DNA from: an uncultured Flavobacterium sp.
GTDB taxonomy: Bacteria; Bacteroidota; Bacteroidia; Flavobacteriales; Flavobacteriaceae
Assembly: GCA_937773775.1 (NCBI GenBank)
Contig: CALJVL010000019.1
Location: 40,862-104,861 of the forward strand
Reading direction: 5' to 3'
DNA: 64,000 nt
The position numbers and the translations under genes were made by a program. The notes below the pieces were generated by a model. It made no database searches. It saw only the letters and a program-made list of their open reading frames with translations, and had not been told where the DNA came from. Below are positions 20,978-31,505 of the stretch, in pieces. The first letter of the stretch is position 1. Every line of letters begins with the position of its first letter.

Positions 20978-21823
20978 TTATAGTTTAGGTAGAACCGTAA
21001 GCCGCAAAAGCTTTGTGTTTTTAAGCTGTAGTTCAATGTGCCTGCCTCCATTTTTTTCCATTAGTTGGATTACTAAGTGTTTTTTATCTGGAATCGTAAA
21101 CTTAGGCAGAGCAAAAACAGTTGTTCCCTCAGATTCGCCATTAATTGTACTTAACTTATTGTGAATAAGTATTGGTACGATTTCTATTTCTTGCGATGCG
21201 GTTCGTTTTATCTTTCTGCTGTCGCGAATAAAAAATCGAAGCTGGTCTATATCATAATTGATTCTAGAACTGTTCACCACTCTTGTCCTGTAATAAAGGA
21301 CATCATCTCGTATATAGATTCCGTTTAATTGGAATTTAATCTCATACTTTTTTTTCATAGCACCAGCTATCTTATTCTTATGATAAAAAGCTAATTTGGA
21401 ATATTTAAGTAATTCCTCCTCGTTCCCGCTTTGCTCTGAAAAGTAAATTTCTGGACTTTTTGACTTTGCTTTGTCCACACTGAGATTTAATTGTGGTGAC
21501 TCCTCATCATAGTTTACCACAAACGAATACAGCTTTGCATCTGCTGTGATCACCGTAAGATTGGTCTGGATAAACCCCTGTTGTGCCGCTTTAATATGCA
21601 ATATATTTTCCATCCCTTTCGCCTTCTGGGTTAATACATCTTGACTTCCCTTGTCTACACTTTTAATGGCAAAAGGAAAAACTATAGTTGTTGTTTTTGA
21701 ATACCCAATATAGAGGGAATCTGACTCCATTTCTGTAAAATGATTGCTTTCCGTTTGCTGTGCAAAGGCTCCATTGGAAACAATCCATAAAAAACCCATA
21801 AGTAATACATTAATTTTTTTCAT
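20978..21823 (-). CDS. traN: Conjugative transposon protein TraN (DUF4138-like)
   Basis: 281 aa with a signal peptide. Position after traM and the sequence style (IKSVDKGSQDVL, LRFFIRD) are typical of TraN. Confidence 0.75.
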   Translation of the reverse strand: MKKINVLLMGFLWIVSNGAFAQQTESNHFTEMESDSLYIGYSKTTTIVFPFAIKSVDKGSQDVLTQKAKGMENILHIKAAQQGFIQTNLTVITADAKLYSFVVNYDEESPQLNLSVDKAKSKSPEIYFSEQSGNEEELLKYSKLAFYHKNKIAGAMKKKYEIKFQLNGIYIRDDVLYYRTRVVNSSRINYDIDQLRFFIRDSRKIKRTASQEIEIVPILIHNKLSTINGESEGTTVFALPKFTIPDKKHLVIQLMEKNGGRHIELQLKNTKLLRLTVLPKL

Positions 21824-21834
21824 GTTTTTAGTTT

Positions 21835-23145
21835 TTAGTTTGAATCACTTTCTTTTTGGTTGTCATCGAGAAGTAATACTTGATAACCGGCTTTTAAAAC
21901 CACTTTAACCAATTTTACTTTCTTGCTTAGCAGGCTTTTTGCCGCCTCTATTCCTGCTCCCGCAGCCTTTGCACCCCAAGAGTCATCAAGACTCCCCATT
22001 CCTATGTTCTGCATGGAGCGATCAGCAGTTGTTTTAGCAACATCTCGATTAATAGTACCAGGGATGTAAATCCCATCCAATCCGTCCATATCGTAAACAG
22101 AAAGTGCTACTGGATACAAAGAACTATTGTACCTAAGACTATTTATTTTGATAGTCAGTCGCTCCCCTTTTAAAGACGCTATACCAAACAAAAAGTTGTC
22201 TTTTGGTATCTCAACACCATTAATATAAATAGCACTAGTAAGCCTTAATTTTACAGTAGCCCCATTAACTATCGTTTGCGTTTCATGAATAACAGCCGGT
22301 ACTGTGTTTTGAACATCATCAGTACTTCCATTTTCATCCAAAGAATAAAATCCATTACGCTTGGATTGGCTATCAATTAAAAGATGATTTTTGGGCATGC
22401 TTTGTAATGACGAAGCTATCTCTTCCATCGATTTGGAGCTGATCGTAAATACTTGTCCCCGGTTTTCTTTCGAAACTTTTCTAAGTCTTTCCTGAACTCT
22501 ATCAGGATGCTGAATATCAAGTATGTTTTCAAGCATTCCGCTAAGTTGTTTCAATTCAGGGTCTTCATTTTCTTTCTGCTCATTCATAGTACTCCTCATT
22601 TGTCCTAACCTATCAATGTCGTCGGAATGTATTTCTGATGTATTTGATTTTGCATTTTTACTCAAACCTTGATTTTGATCTGTCATGATAGTTGGGCTAT
22701 TTATGGCCTTTTGTAGCGCTTCAAGCTTTTTACGAACCTTTTCTTCGTTTAAATCTCGATACATAGCTGTATTTAATCCGCTGTGCCCATCGTTCTGCCT
22801 ACTTCCTTTAAAAGTCGTATCCTTAGTAATTTCTGCTGTAGCCCCCTGAAAAGATTGCCTTAGATAATTCGGATCATTTTTAATGAGTTCTTCCAACTTT
22901 GCTGAATCAATTGCAGCTTGTTCATAGTAATTCATCTTATCCAAGAACAGTCCATCTTTCAGGTTTGCATCAGGAAGCTTGGTATTAAAGCCTTTTTTTT
23001 CTGCTGTTTCTAAAGTGGAGGCCTTCATTTCACCACCTCCTAGTATCCAAAACAGACCTGTAATAAAAGGCAGTACTAAGAGCGGGAGTACTAGAAGCAT
23101 CTTGCGCTGTCTTTGCATTTTTAGTGATTCGGTTTTTCGTTCCAT
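21835..23145 (-). CDS. traM: Conjugative transposon protein TraM
   Basis: 436 aa with an N-terminal TM segment, a Gln/Asn-rich linker, and a C-terminal domain with YDMDGLDGIYIPG. Confidence 0.75.
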   Translation of the reverse strand: MERKTESLKMQRQRKMLLVLPLLVLPFITGLFWILGGGEMKASTLETAEKKGFNTKLPDANLKDGLFLDKMNYYEQAAIDSAKLEELIKNDPNYLRQSFQGATAEITKDTTFKGSRQNDGHSGLNTAMYRDLNEEKVRKKLEALQKAINSPTIMTDQNQGLSKNAKSNTSEIHSDDIDRLGQMRSTMNEQKENEDPELKQLSGMLENILDIQHPDRVQERLRKVSKENRGQVFTISSKSMEEIASSLQSMPKNHLLIDSQSKRNGFYSLDENGSTDDVQNTVPAVIHETQTIVNGATVKLRLTSAIYINGVEIPKDNFLFGIASLKGERLTIKINSLRYNSSLYPVALSVYDMDGLDGIYIPGTINRDVAKTTADRSMQNIGMGSLDDSWGAKAAGAGIEAAKSLLSKKVKLVKVVLKAGYQVLLLDDNQKESDSN

Positions 23146-23149
23146 ATTA

Positions 23150-23653
23150 TTAATTTTTAAATTGTGAGCGATAATAATTCTCTACCATGATAAGGCTATC
23201 CAGAAGTGCAGGGCGGTATTGCAGGATGCTGTCCTGTACTCTTTTTCCCGTGGAACTGCGTCCCAAACTATCCATATATATCTGGAAACGGACAATTCTT
23301 TCTAATTCACTTTTGCTTAATGATTTATTAAGTTGATTTTGTTTAGAGTCGAATACCACTCTATTTGTGGGTCTGCTGATCGGACTGACCTCTATGCTCT
23401 TCGAATTTTTTCCATTGAGACCATTCACAATCAGATAAACATTGCCAGAAACTGTAAATACTACAAAACAAAATAGTATTACAATCCAACTTTTAGTGGA
23501 TAAATGTGCCGTCTTCTGTTCCAGCCACAGAACGCATTTGTGCTGTAGCCAAAGATTAACTTTATCGAATCGTTGGAATAAATAGCGCTCTTTACACTTC
23601 ACTTTTTTAGCACCATTTTTGCTCTTTCTTTTAAATGTGAATTTCATAATCAA
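23150..23653 (-). CDS. Small membrane protein at the traL position
   Basis: 167 aa with one TM segment, lying between traK and traM. Assigned by position only. Confidence 0.4.
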   Translation of the reverse strand: MIMKFTFKRKSKNGAKKVKCKERYLFQRFDKVNLWLQHKCVLWLEQKTAHLSTKSWIVILFCFVVFTVSGNVYLIVNGLNGKNSKSIEVSPISRPTNRVVFDSKQNQLNKSLSKSELERIVRFQIYMDSLGRSSTGKRVQDSILQYRPALLDSLIMVENYYRSQFKN

Positions 23654-23660
23654 TTCTTTT

Positions 23661-24281
23661 TTATTTTCTGTTCTTTGTACTTAAATCTCGATTCTCAATA
23701 GTGCTCCAGCGCTCAATTAAAAAACCATGTGGATTGTTGTCACTTCGGGATACATTTCGAAGATTCCCCTCTGTTATTAGACTTCGACGAGCAATACTTG
23801 TGGGTCTTATTATATTTTGGGAAGCATAGCAGCGGAACCGATAGGGATAGGCATTAATGTCAATTGTTACGCTATCCACAACGATGGTTTGGCTAACATT
23901 ACCTGATATGATACCAGAATAATAACCGTTTTCCTTTAAATCATCATACACTCTTTTTGCACTGTCATCCGCTAGGTAAAGCGCCTTGGTAACATTAATT
24001 TTAATCACTTTATCATCAGGGTCTAGACTAAAAAAAAGCGTATGAAATGTCTTTACATGATCTTTTGCTTCAACTGGAATATTTTCGTTTCTATTAGATG
24101 AAAAGGCTTCCAATGCTTTTCCATTGGCGAGTATATATACCTTATCCTGCATTTGAGAAACTAGACTAAAACTTTTGTAAAGAGCAAAGCAACAGAGGAT
24201 AACACATCCACTTACAACTAGCATAGTGAAGCTCCGAACATATCGAAAAGCCGTGTCAATATTTTTCATTCTACTAAACAT
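23661..24281 (-). CDS. traK: Conjugative transposon protein TraK
   Basis: 206 aa. The N-terminal MKNIDTAFRYVRSF plus a TM segment is typical of TraK. Confidence 0.8.
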   Translation of the reverse strand: MFSRMKNIDTAFRYVRSFTMLVVSGCVILCCFALYKSFSLVSQMQDKVYILANGKALEAFSSNRNENIPVEAKDHVKTFHTLFFSLDPDDKVIKINVTKALYLADDSAKRVYDDLKENGYYSGIISGNVSQTIVVDSVTIDINAYPYRFRCYASQNIIRPTSIARRSLITEGNLRNVSRSDNNPHGFLIERWSTIENRDLSTKNRK

Positions 24282-24299
24282 GATATTTCAATTTATTGA

Positions 24300-25496
24300 T
24301 TAAGAATTACCTTTTAATTTATCCCCCATATAGCCTTCCTTATCTTTGAAATAAGGAGTTGAACTACTAGATCCCGACATACTTTGAGACATACGTCCTG
24401 CCGCATTACCCATAGCATCTGCCATCATACCAGTACCCGTAGAAACACTACTTAGTGCAGAATTTGTAGAATTACTGAAGATCGTAGTTACCTTTTGACT
24501 CAATGCTCCACCACCACCCGCATGGACTATATAATTGGCTACTGAGGGAACCGTAAAATAGCCGACAATCCCTATAATCATAAACACTAAATACGCCATA
24601 TCGGTTCTGCTAAAGAAAGTATCTCCGTAATCATTTACTTGGGCGATGTCCAATTGTAACATCTTCTCCTGTATTTTTCCGATGATGCTACCGAAAATAT
24701 TAGCAACAGGAAGCCACAGATAAATATTGATGTATCGCGCCAGCCAAACCGTCAAAGTATGTTGAAATCCATCAAAAACAGCGATCCCAAAGACTAAAGG
24801 TCCAAGTATGGAAAGTACTACAAGTTGAAAAGTACGCAGGGTATCGATACACAATGAAGCTGCTTCAAACAAAACCCTTAATACTTCACTCATCCATTCT
24901 TTAACCGAATTGCGAAAATTAAACGATGCCTTTGCCATGGCAAATTTGACATCGTTGCCTATCCCCTCAATCATTCCTTCGCTATCCCGATTTGCATTGT
25001 CATGTGTATATTTATACCATCTGTCCTGATCACCACTTCCTGATTCACCAACATACATCTGCCAGGAGTTAGTGCTTTTAATGGCTTCTTCTTTCTTTTG
25101 AAGCAATAACTCAATAGCCTTATTAGAACCTTCCACCATAGAAGCAGTCGCTGTAACGGTAGGCTTCATTACTCCGTTGATCAAATCCAAGACCGAAGGG
25201 AAAATCATAATACAGAAACCGATTGCAAAAGGCCGCAGGAGCGGATAAAAATCTATCGGTTCTGCACTGGCAATATGCCGCCATACTCTTGAGCCGATAT
25301 ACCAAATAGCTGCAAAGCCAGCTATGCCCTGTCCTACTCCCAGTAAATTGTTACACAAAGGCATCATTTCATCATAGAGCTGATTTAGAACTCCATGTAA
25401 ACTGTTCATGTCGGACGCTATACTTTGCGCTTGACTCCCAAAGGGCAATACAATTCCTAGGGCTGTAAATAATACTCCCTTGCTTCTCTTTGCCAT
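24300..25496 (-). CDS. traJ: Conjugative transposon protein TraJ (polytopic membrane)
   Basis: 398 aa. The AEPIDFYPLLRPFAIGFCIMIFP motif and multiple TM segments match TraJ. Confidence 0.75.
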   Translation of the reverse strand: MAKRSKGVLFTALGIVLPFGSQAQSIASDMNSLHGVLNQLYDEMMPLCNNLLGVGQGIAGFAAIWYIGSRVWRHIASAEPIDFYPLLRPFAIGFCIMIFPSVLDLINGVMKPTVTATASMVEGSNKAIELLLQKKEEAIKSTNSWQMYVGESGSGDQDRWYKYTHDNANRDSEGMIEGIGNDVKFAMAKASFNFRNSVKEWMSEVLRVLFEAASLCIDTLRTFQLVVLSILGPLVFGIAVFDGFQHTLTVWLARYINIYLWLPVANIFGSIIGKIQEKMLQLDIAQVNDYGDTFFSRTDMAYLVFMIIGIVGYFTVPSVANYIVHAGGGGALSQKVTTIFSNSTNSALSSVSTGTGMMADAMGNAAGRMSQSMSGSSSSTPYFKDKEGYMGDKLKGNS

Positions 25497-25508
25497 CTTT
25501 ATTTTTAT

Positions 25509-26144
25509 TTAGTTATTTGTATTATAAATACTATGCATTACACGCACATCATTACGTTCTTTTGCACGCTGGATCGCTAATACTGCAGCGTTGTTATTAA
25601 AACTTCTAAGAAATAAAAGTTTGTCCTGCATATCAGCATAAATCTTGTCAATTGCTGTGAGTCTTTCCTCATCGGTCATTCTTAATGTATTGGCGGTTAT
25701 AACCGTTGCCAATTCGTCCAAATTCCTCAAGCTCTGATTTAGTAGATTATTATATACCCTTGAGCAATAGGCTATTTCAGTAGGACTGAAATTTCCACTA
25801 TTTCTGAAACCTTCAAATGCGGACTTGTATTCTTTTACCAAAAGCAATTGATATTTCACAATATCACCGACCCTTCTATAGTTGCGTACTGTGGGACTTA
25901 CTTGCATTAAGGCATCAAGGAATGTTTCATGAAGGCTAAAATTACCCTTAGACAATTCTTTAATTGTGTTATAACCACCACTCAGGATTTGATATCCCTT
26001 TTTCATATCTGTAAGAATCTGCTTGAATTGTGCTAACTTTTCAATGTTCAGTAGCAACTGTTGCATTTCCTGTGATTGGGCTGTAAGCCGAGTTGGAAAA
26101 AATAAGCCCAGCAAAAGAATCCCAATAATTAGTGTCTTTTTCAT
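25509..26144 (-). CDS. Secreted helical protein, paralogue 3 of 3 (traH/traI position)
   Basis: 211 aa with a signal peptide. It shares KGY..L..G..TI....G.F.LH and LRMTDEERL..I...Y with the two upstream ORFs. Confidence 0.5.
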   Translation of the reverse strand: MKKTLIIGILLLGLFFPTRLTAQSQEMQQLLLNIEKLAQFKQILTDMKKGYQILSGGYNTIKELSKGNFSLHETFLDALMQVSPTVRNYRRVGDIVKYQLLLVKEYKSAFEGFRNSGNFSPTEIAYCSRVYNNLLNQSLRNLDELATVITANTLRMTDEERLTAIDKIYADMQDKLLFLRSFNNNAAVLAIQRAKERNDVRVMHSIYNTNN

Positions 26145-26770
26145 TAGAAATTGGTATTAATGCCACGCAAGTCACGGCTGGTTTTCAGATCTTTCTTTTC
26201 TTTGGCTTTTGACAACACCATTAATCTTGTTTCCTTAGTAAAAATTTCACCAAAACTGTAATTCTCCAACATATTCAGGTACAAGACATCAATGCGTTTC
26301 ATTCGCTCCTCTTCTTTCATTTCAAGTTGACCATCCGTTACTATGGTTAAGAGTTCTTCTAAATTTCCGTCACAATTCTCAAGTAGACGATCCACTACTC
26401 GTTTGATATAAGCTATTTCATCCCCATGAAAGAGATCATCCCATTGCACTTGTCTAATAATGAAACTGGAACTTTTGATGATTCTCAGTTGAAGAGCTAT
26501 AATCTCGGCCACCTTTGAATATTCTTTAATTTTCGGATTGACTGTTTTTAGCGAATTGAAGTAATCGGAGTGAAGATTAAATTCTCCTCGTTTGAAATCA
26601 CCAATTGTCGTTAGTCCCTTTTTGACAACCGAATATCCTTTTTGTGCATAATCAACATAGACCTTTAAGGCAGCGATTTGCTGCAACAATACTTTTCTTT
26701 GCTTTGGCTGTCCATTAATATCATTGTTCATCAATGCCGTAAATAGTAAAAACAGAAATAACTTTTTCAT
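26144..26770 (-). CDS. Secreted helical protein, paralogue 2 of 3 (traH/traI position)
   Basis: 208 aa with a signal peptide. Its stop overlaps the next gene's start. Shows clear paralogy to 25509-26144. Confidence 0.5.
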   Translation of the reverse strand: MKKLFLFLLFTALMNNDINGQPKQRKVLLQQIAALKVYVDYAQKGYSVVKKGLTTIGDFKRGEFNLHSDYFNSLKTVNPKIKEYSKVAEIIALQLRIIKSSSFIIRQVQWDDLFHGDEIAYIKRVVDRLLENCDGNLEELLTIVTDGQLEMKEEERMKRIDVLYLNMLENYSFGEIFTKETRLMVLSKAKEKKDLKTSRDLRGINTNF

Positions 26771-26782
26771 AGCTTTATTATT

Positions 26783-27472
26783 TTAGTACGGAATTCCGTA
26801 AAATTTCTTAATAGCGTCTACGTCATGCTTCGTTTTAGCTCTTTGCAGACTGAGCTGCCTATTTTGCCTATTGAATAGTCTAAGGTCATCATAGTTACCC
26901 TCAATCTGATCAGCGGCAGTATTAATGATTTCCAATCTTTTGGCATCACTCATTTGGATCGTAAAAGAATCCAGAATCAGAAAAATGTGGTCTATGTTTT
27001 TTAGGCTCTCGTTTAATATACCCGAATACACTTTGTGCATATACTCCAATTCTGCCACATTAAAATGTGGGTCTTGTCTAATGAGGTTCCAAGCTCTTTC
27101 ATATTCATCCACTAGCTGTACTTGTTTCTGCGTAATATCCCTAATGCGCTGGTAATAACTAATTATTGATTTGACTTTCATTAGCTCCTCGTAGTAATTC
27201 TTATACAAGTCTTTTTGCTTCTGTGTCCACTGAGAGATCTCTCCTAGTTTTAGTTTGGAAAGCGTATTCTCCAGTTTTTTGTGTGCATTTTGAAGCCAGA
27301 TAGTTTCATTTTGCAACCGCTGTATTCGCAAGTCTATCGCCAAAATCACTTTTTTAATTACGGCAGTTATCACTCCAACTATAGGCAAAGCAACGACTGC
27401 TGCAGGCCTTGCAGGACTACTGACCAGCAGTAGACAAAGCAAACACAAGCTTATTTTTCTCTTTGTTTTCAT
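26783..27472 (-). CDS. Secreted helical protein, paralogue 1 of 3 (traH/traI position)
   Basis: 229 aa with a signal peptide. The C-terminal half aligns with paralogue 3 (ELEYMHKVYSGILNESLKNID vs EIAYCSRVYNNLLNQSLRNLD; LQRAKTKHDV vs IQRAKERNDV). Confidence 0.5.
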   Translation of the reverse strand: MKTKRKISLCLLCLLLVSSPARPAAVVALPIVGVITAVIKKVILAIDLRIQRLQNETIWLQNAHKKLENTLSKLKLGEISQWTQKQKDLYKNYYEELMKVKSIISYYQRIRDITQKQVQLVDEYERAWNLIRQDPHFNVAELEYMHKVYSGILNESLKNIDHIFLILDSFTIQMSDAKRLEIINTAADQIEGNYDDLRLFNRQNRQLSLQRAKTKHDVDAIKKFYGIPY

Positions 27473-27527
27473 AATGCATTTAATTTAGGTTTATCTTCTC
27501 CTCTATTAGAGCGTTATAGTCTCTTTT

Positions 27528-30014
27528 TCATCCTTTTGCTTCCTCTCGCAAGTCAGCAGCCAATGCAGCAATTCCCTTTTGAATATTACCTCCAAACATT
27601 TTTGTATAGGCTTGGACTTTTAGCTTTTCCGTTTCTTCAGTAGTATATGCGAGATATTCTTCTAGGGACACTTCGGTTCGGTAGACTTTGGAAAGCACTC
27701 CACCCAAGGAAATAAAAACTTCCTTGTATTTCTTATCGGGATCATTGGCTTTATTTACCGATAATACCAATGCTTTTTCTTTTTCTGTGAGTCCCAATAG
27801 TTCTTGAATTTGCTCAAATTTGTTTTGATATTTACTTTGATCTAGTAATATCTTGCAGTCGCTATTATTGATGATAGCCTGCTTCACTACTGGTGAAGAT
27901 ATTATGTCTTCCACTTCTTGGGTAACCACGATTGCCTCTCCAAAAAATTTCCGAACAGTCTTAAATAAATACTTAATGTATTCAGCCATACCTTCCTTAG
28001 CAATAGCCTTCCATGCTTCCTCAATTAATATCATTTTACGAACTCCTTTTAGCTTCCGCATTTTACTAATAAACAGCTCCATTATGATAATGGTAACCAC
28101 TGGAAAAAGTATCGGATGATCCTTAATATTGTCTAATTCGAAAACGATAAATCGCTCTTGTAACAAGTCTAAATTTTCTGTTGCATTGAGCAGATAGTCG
28201 AACTCCCCACCTTTGTAATACGGACGCAATACGTAGAGAAAATTATTCACATCAAAGTCCTTTTCTTTGACCTTGTCCTCTTCCAATATTTTTACAAAAT
28301 CTTCTTTTAAAAAGTCATAGAAGGTGTTAAAGCTGGGAAACAGCTGCGAATTGAAAGCCAGCTTCTCATAATACAATTGTAAAGCATTCGATAAGGCTAC
28401 ATATTCAATGCGATTAAAGGTCTCATCGTCTTTTTTCCAAAGCGCCAATAGCAAGGTTTTAATACTTTCTTTTTTCTCTGTATCCAAAGTATCCCCCTCA
28501 CTGATGTAAAACGGGTTGAACTTGATCGGATTCTTTTCATCATACGTAAAATAGTACCCTTCTACCATATCACACAATCCTTTGTAACTATGCCCTACAT
28601 CTACAAGTACTACATGAGTTCCTTGCTCGTAATAGCTTCTGACCATATGGTTCGTAAAAAAAGATTTTCCACTTCCTGAAGGTCCAAGAATAAACTTATT
28701 GCGATTGGTACAAATACCCATCTTTACTGGTTCATCGCTGATATCAACATGTACAGGCTTTCCTGTCAAACGATCACCTAGTCGGATTCCAGTGGGGCTT
28801 AGCGAAGAACGATAACCTGTTTCCAGATTCAGAAAGCAACTTGCTTGCTCCACGAACGTATCAAAGCTATCGTTCATCGGAAAATCAGCTGCATTTCCTG
28901 GAATCCCCGCCCAATAAATCTGGGCAGCTCCTACCGTTTCCTGTTTTGCAGCTGCATCCATTTGCACTAAAGCCGAAGAAACTTTGTTTTTAATCCCTTT
29001 CAATTCTTCTTTTCGATCGCTCCAAACCAATACGTTAAAATGTGCTTTAACAGGCAACCGTTGTTGACTAATCGCTTCATTAAGAAAATCATTTGTAGCG
29101 TCACGAGCAATTAAGTTCTCTCTGCTATAAGCCGATAAAGATTGTAAGCGTAACCTTTTACTTTCTAATTTCTGCAAAGTCTTTTGAAAATCCTCTATAA
29201 AAATATACTGATTGTAAATGTGATTACAAGAAAGCAGCTGACCCAATGTTGAGGCAAAACCAATACTGAATTTGGTCCTGTCGGTTGAATACCGGTCATA
29301 ATTAATTCTCGAACCGCAAAGTGCAGGTAAATCAGCTGCATCCCCTAAAGTATATACCTGGCAATGTTTGTCTCCGACCTGTAAACCTTCGTTGAAAGCA
29401 ATGTCATTAAATACAAAGGAATCTGGTTTCTCAGACAAGCAGCAATAGCGTTCTATAACTCCAATTTTTCTGCTCTGACTACGTAACTCATCATTGCCCA
29501 AACGCTGCAGTTTTACAAAGCCACTGTCCTCCAATATTCGTTTGAATTGCCCTGTACTATCGATAAAATCTTGACGTAGACTCTCCTTTAATGTTTCTTC
29601 AGGTACGATTGAAGGCCTAATTAAATTAGAAAATAAGGAACTGGACGTCTTTCTTCCCGCTGGTTTTTTAGTCAAAAAAATGTAACATGAATGATCTAAA
29701 AAAGGACGCTCATTAAAGAATCGTTCACTGCAACGACTAAGAAAACTATGGTCATCATTTTCAAACTGGGGTTGATGCTTACTATCAATAAACCAGTCTT
29801 GCTTGTGAAAAACGCTAAATTTCGGCAATAGCTTTAAGGCCTTCACCCACGCTTGGTGAAATGCCTCATACTCCTGATCAGATAGCGTAAATATTTCTGG
29901 TAGTTCTGCTTTGAATACTACAGTAACATCCCCTTGTTTGGATAGAATACAATCGTGTTCAACATCCATTATCGGCAAAATAGCCTCCATCGTCTTTTCC
30001 ATCATCATCTCCAT
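27528..30014 (-). CDS. traG: TraG-family conjugative transposon ATPase (VirB4-like)
   Basis: 828 aa. The N-terminus LPIMDVEHDCILSKQGDVTVVFKAELPEIFTLS is typical of CTn TraG. Walker A is GPSGSGKSFF. Confidence 0.9.
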   Translation of the reverse strand: MEMMMEKTMEAILPIMDVEHDCILSKQGDVTVVFKAELPEIFTLSDQEYEAFHQAWVKALKLLPKFSVFHKQDWFIDSKHQPQFENDDHSFLSRCSERFFNERPFLDHSCYIFLTKKPAGRKTSSSLFSNLIRPSIVPEETLKESLRQDFIDSTGQFKRILEDSGFVKLQRLGNDELRSQSRKIGVIERYCCLSEKPDSFVFNDIAFNEGLQVGDKHCQVYTLGDAADLPALCGSRINYDRYSTDRTKFSIGFASTLGQLLSCNHIYNQYIFIEDFQKTLQKLESKRLRLQSLSAYSRENLIARDATNDFLNEAISQQRLPVKAHFNVLVWSDRKEELKGIKNKVSSALVQMDAAAKQETVGAAQIYWAGIPGNAADFPMNDSFDTFVEQASCFLNLETGYRSSLSPTGIRLGDRLTGKPVHVDISDEPVKMGICTNRNKFILGPSGSGKSFFTNHMVRSYYEQGTHVVLVDVGHSYKGLCDMVEGYYFTYDEKNPIKFNPFYISEGDTLDTEKKESIKTLLLALWKKDDETFNRIEYVALSNALQLYYEKLAFNSQLFPSFNTFYDFLKEDFVKILEEDKVKEKDFDVNNFLYVLRPYYKGGEFDYLLNATENLDLLQERFIVFELDNIKDHPILFPVVTIIIMELFISKMRKLKGVRKMILIEEAWKAIAKEGMAEYIKYLFKTVRKFFGEAIVVTQEVEDIISSPVVKQAIINNSDCKILLDQSKYQNKFEQIQELLGLTEKEKALVLSVNKANDPDKKYKEVFISLGGVLSKVYRTEVSLEEYLAYTTEETEKLKVQAYTKMFGGNIQKGIAALAADLREEAKG

Positions 30015-30038
30015 TTAACTGTCTCTTCATTCCGTTCG

Positions 30039-30359
30039 CTATAGTTTTCGCATTTTGAAAACGCTTCTACTTTGGGTCTTGATTGCTTTAGGTAATTGTC
30101 TTTTCGCTAACTCTTTCATCATCCCAAACTCTCCGTACTTGTGACTCATTTTATAAATCTTTACAACCATCACGGTTCCTCCAATACATATAATTCCGAG
30201 GGAAATATACGAGGGGAATCCGACTATATACATGATGGAAAAAAGGATCATTAATACTACTACACCCGCTCCAAAATACCAGATGTATTGTGCTTTCAAC
30301 CCTTTGAATTCGATACTTTTATTGATTCCTTTGTTAATATGATATACCGTATTTGCCAT
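30039..30359 (-). CDS. traF: Conjugative transposon protein TraF (DUF4133-like)
   Basis: 106 aa. YHINKGINKSIEFKGLKAQYIWYF followed by TM segments. Confidence 0.7.
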   Translation of the reverse strand: MANTVYHINKGINKSIEFKGLKAQYIWYFGAGVVVLMILFSIMYIVGFPSYISLGIICIGGTVMVVKIYKMSHKYGEFGMMKELAKRQLPKAIKTQSRSVFKMRKL

Positions 30360-30371
30360 ATTTATAGAGTA

Positions 30372-30710
30372 TTAAACCCCAAAAAAGGATTTTATTACGG
30401 TGGCAACTACAACTAGAAAAACGCAGCTACCAAACCAGGCCGCCGCTACTTTTCCTGTATCAGGATCACCGGCATTCCATTTCTGATATACCTTTACCGC
30501 GCCAATCAGTCCAAGTAATGCGCCAATGGCATACATCAATTGAGTGCCTGCATCAAAATAACTCCGTACTTTTTGGTTCGCTTCATTGATTCCCGCAAGC
30601 CCATCTTGCCCATATCCTTGATAACTGAATACTAACAATACCACAATACAAACACCGATAATTCTATTTTGTCGGTTCTCTCTTTTTAAATTCCAGATGC
30701 ACTTCTTCAT
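30372..30710 (-). CDS. traE: Conjugative transposon protein TraE (DUF4134-like, pilin-like)
   Basis: 112 aa. LMYAIGALLGLIGAVKVYQKWNAGDPDTGKVAAAWFGSCVFLVVV. Confidence 0.7.
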   Translation of the reverse strand: MKKCIWNLKRENRQNRIIGVCIVVLLVFSYQGYGQDGLAGINEANQKVRSYFDAGTQLMYAIGALLGLIGAVKVYQKWNAGDPDTGKVAAAWFGSCVFLVVVATVIKSFFGV

Positions 30711-30846
30711 AATTCCTTGTTTTAAAGTTCAAATCATTAAAAATTAATGCAGAGCATGCCACTGTCTCAATTTCTCATTCCTGTCACATTAAGCCATACT
30801 GCACTGAAACGGACAGGGGCAATTCCTCCACAATCTTTTATTATTG

Positions 30847-31326
30847 TTATTCATTTTCTTTCAATAATTCTTCTACCTCTATCTGACTTAAACTTATAAA
30901 ATCTAGTTTATTGCATTCTGAGATTATCAGCTCACTGACTACAGATCTAAATGGGGAGTTTTTAATAGATGGATACTCACAAAGAAGCAAACTGAGATAA
31001 CCCTGAAACTCTTTTTTGACTAATTTTCTTTGAGTTGCCTCTTCTACAACATTTTTCAATCTTTCTAAAAAAGCATCTACATCAAGTATAGATTCTTCCG
31101 GCCCTCCAAATGATGGCTGCAAGGAAGTGTTATTAATAGCCTGCGACTGAACTACATCATAACGAATTTCTAAATCCTTAACCCTGCGATTCTGAAGTTT
31201 CCACTTTCCTTTCACAATTTCTTTGATCACTACAAAATAAAATCGCAATCCAATAAATAAATACCAACTTACTAATAGCAATACAATCACAACGATGTAA
31301 TTGCCCCATGAAATGTTTGTAAACAT
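30847..31326 (-). CDS. Hypothetical single-pass membrane protein upstream of traE
   Basis: 159 aa with an N-terminal TM segment. No motif recognised. Confidence 0.4.
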   Translation of the reverse strand: MFTNISWGNYIVVIVLLLVSWYLFIGLRFYFVVIKEIVKGKWKLQNRRVKDLEIRYDVVQSQAINNTSLQPSFGGPEESILDVDAFLERLKNVVEEATQRKLVKKEFQGYLSLLLCEYPSIKNSPFRSVVSELIISECNKLDFISLSQIEVEELLKENE

Positions 31327-31505
31327 AGCTTCAAAATTAAATGTTCAACTTCCTCTTTTTCTTTCCATCGAACACTAAAAAAATAAATGTTTGATTTCAT
31401 AAGTCAAAAGAACAATTAGTTAACTTTATTCACAAGTACAACTTTAACTTGTACCCTTTAGTACCCCTGATAAACAGACCATATAACACGCTTTATACAC
31501 GGGAT

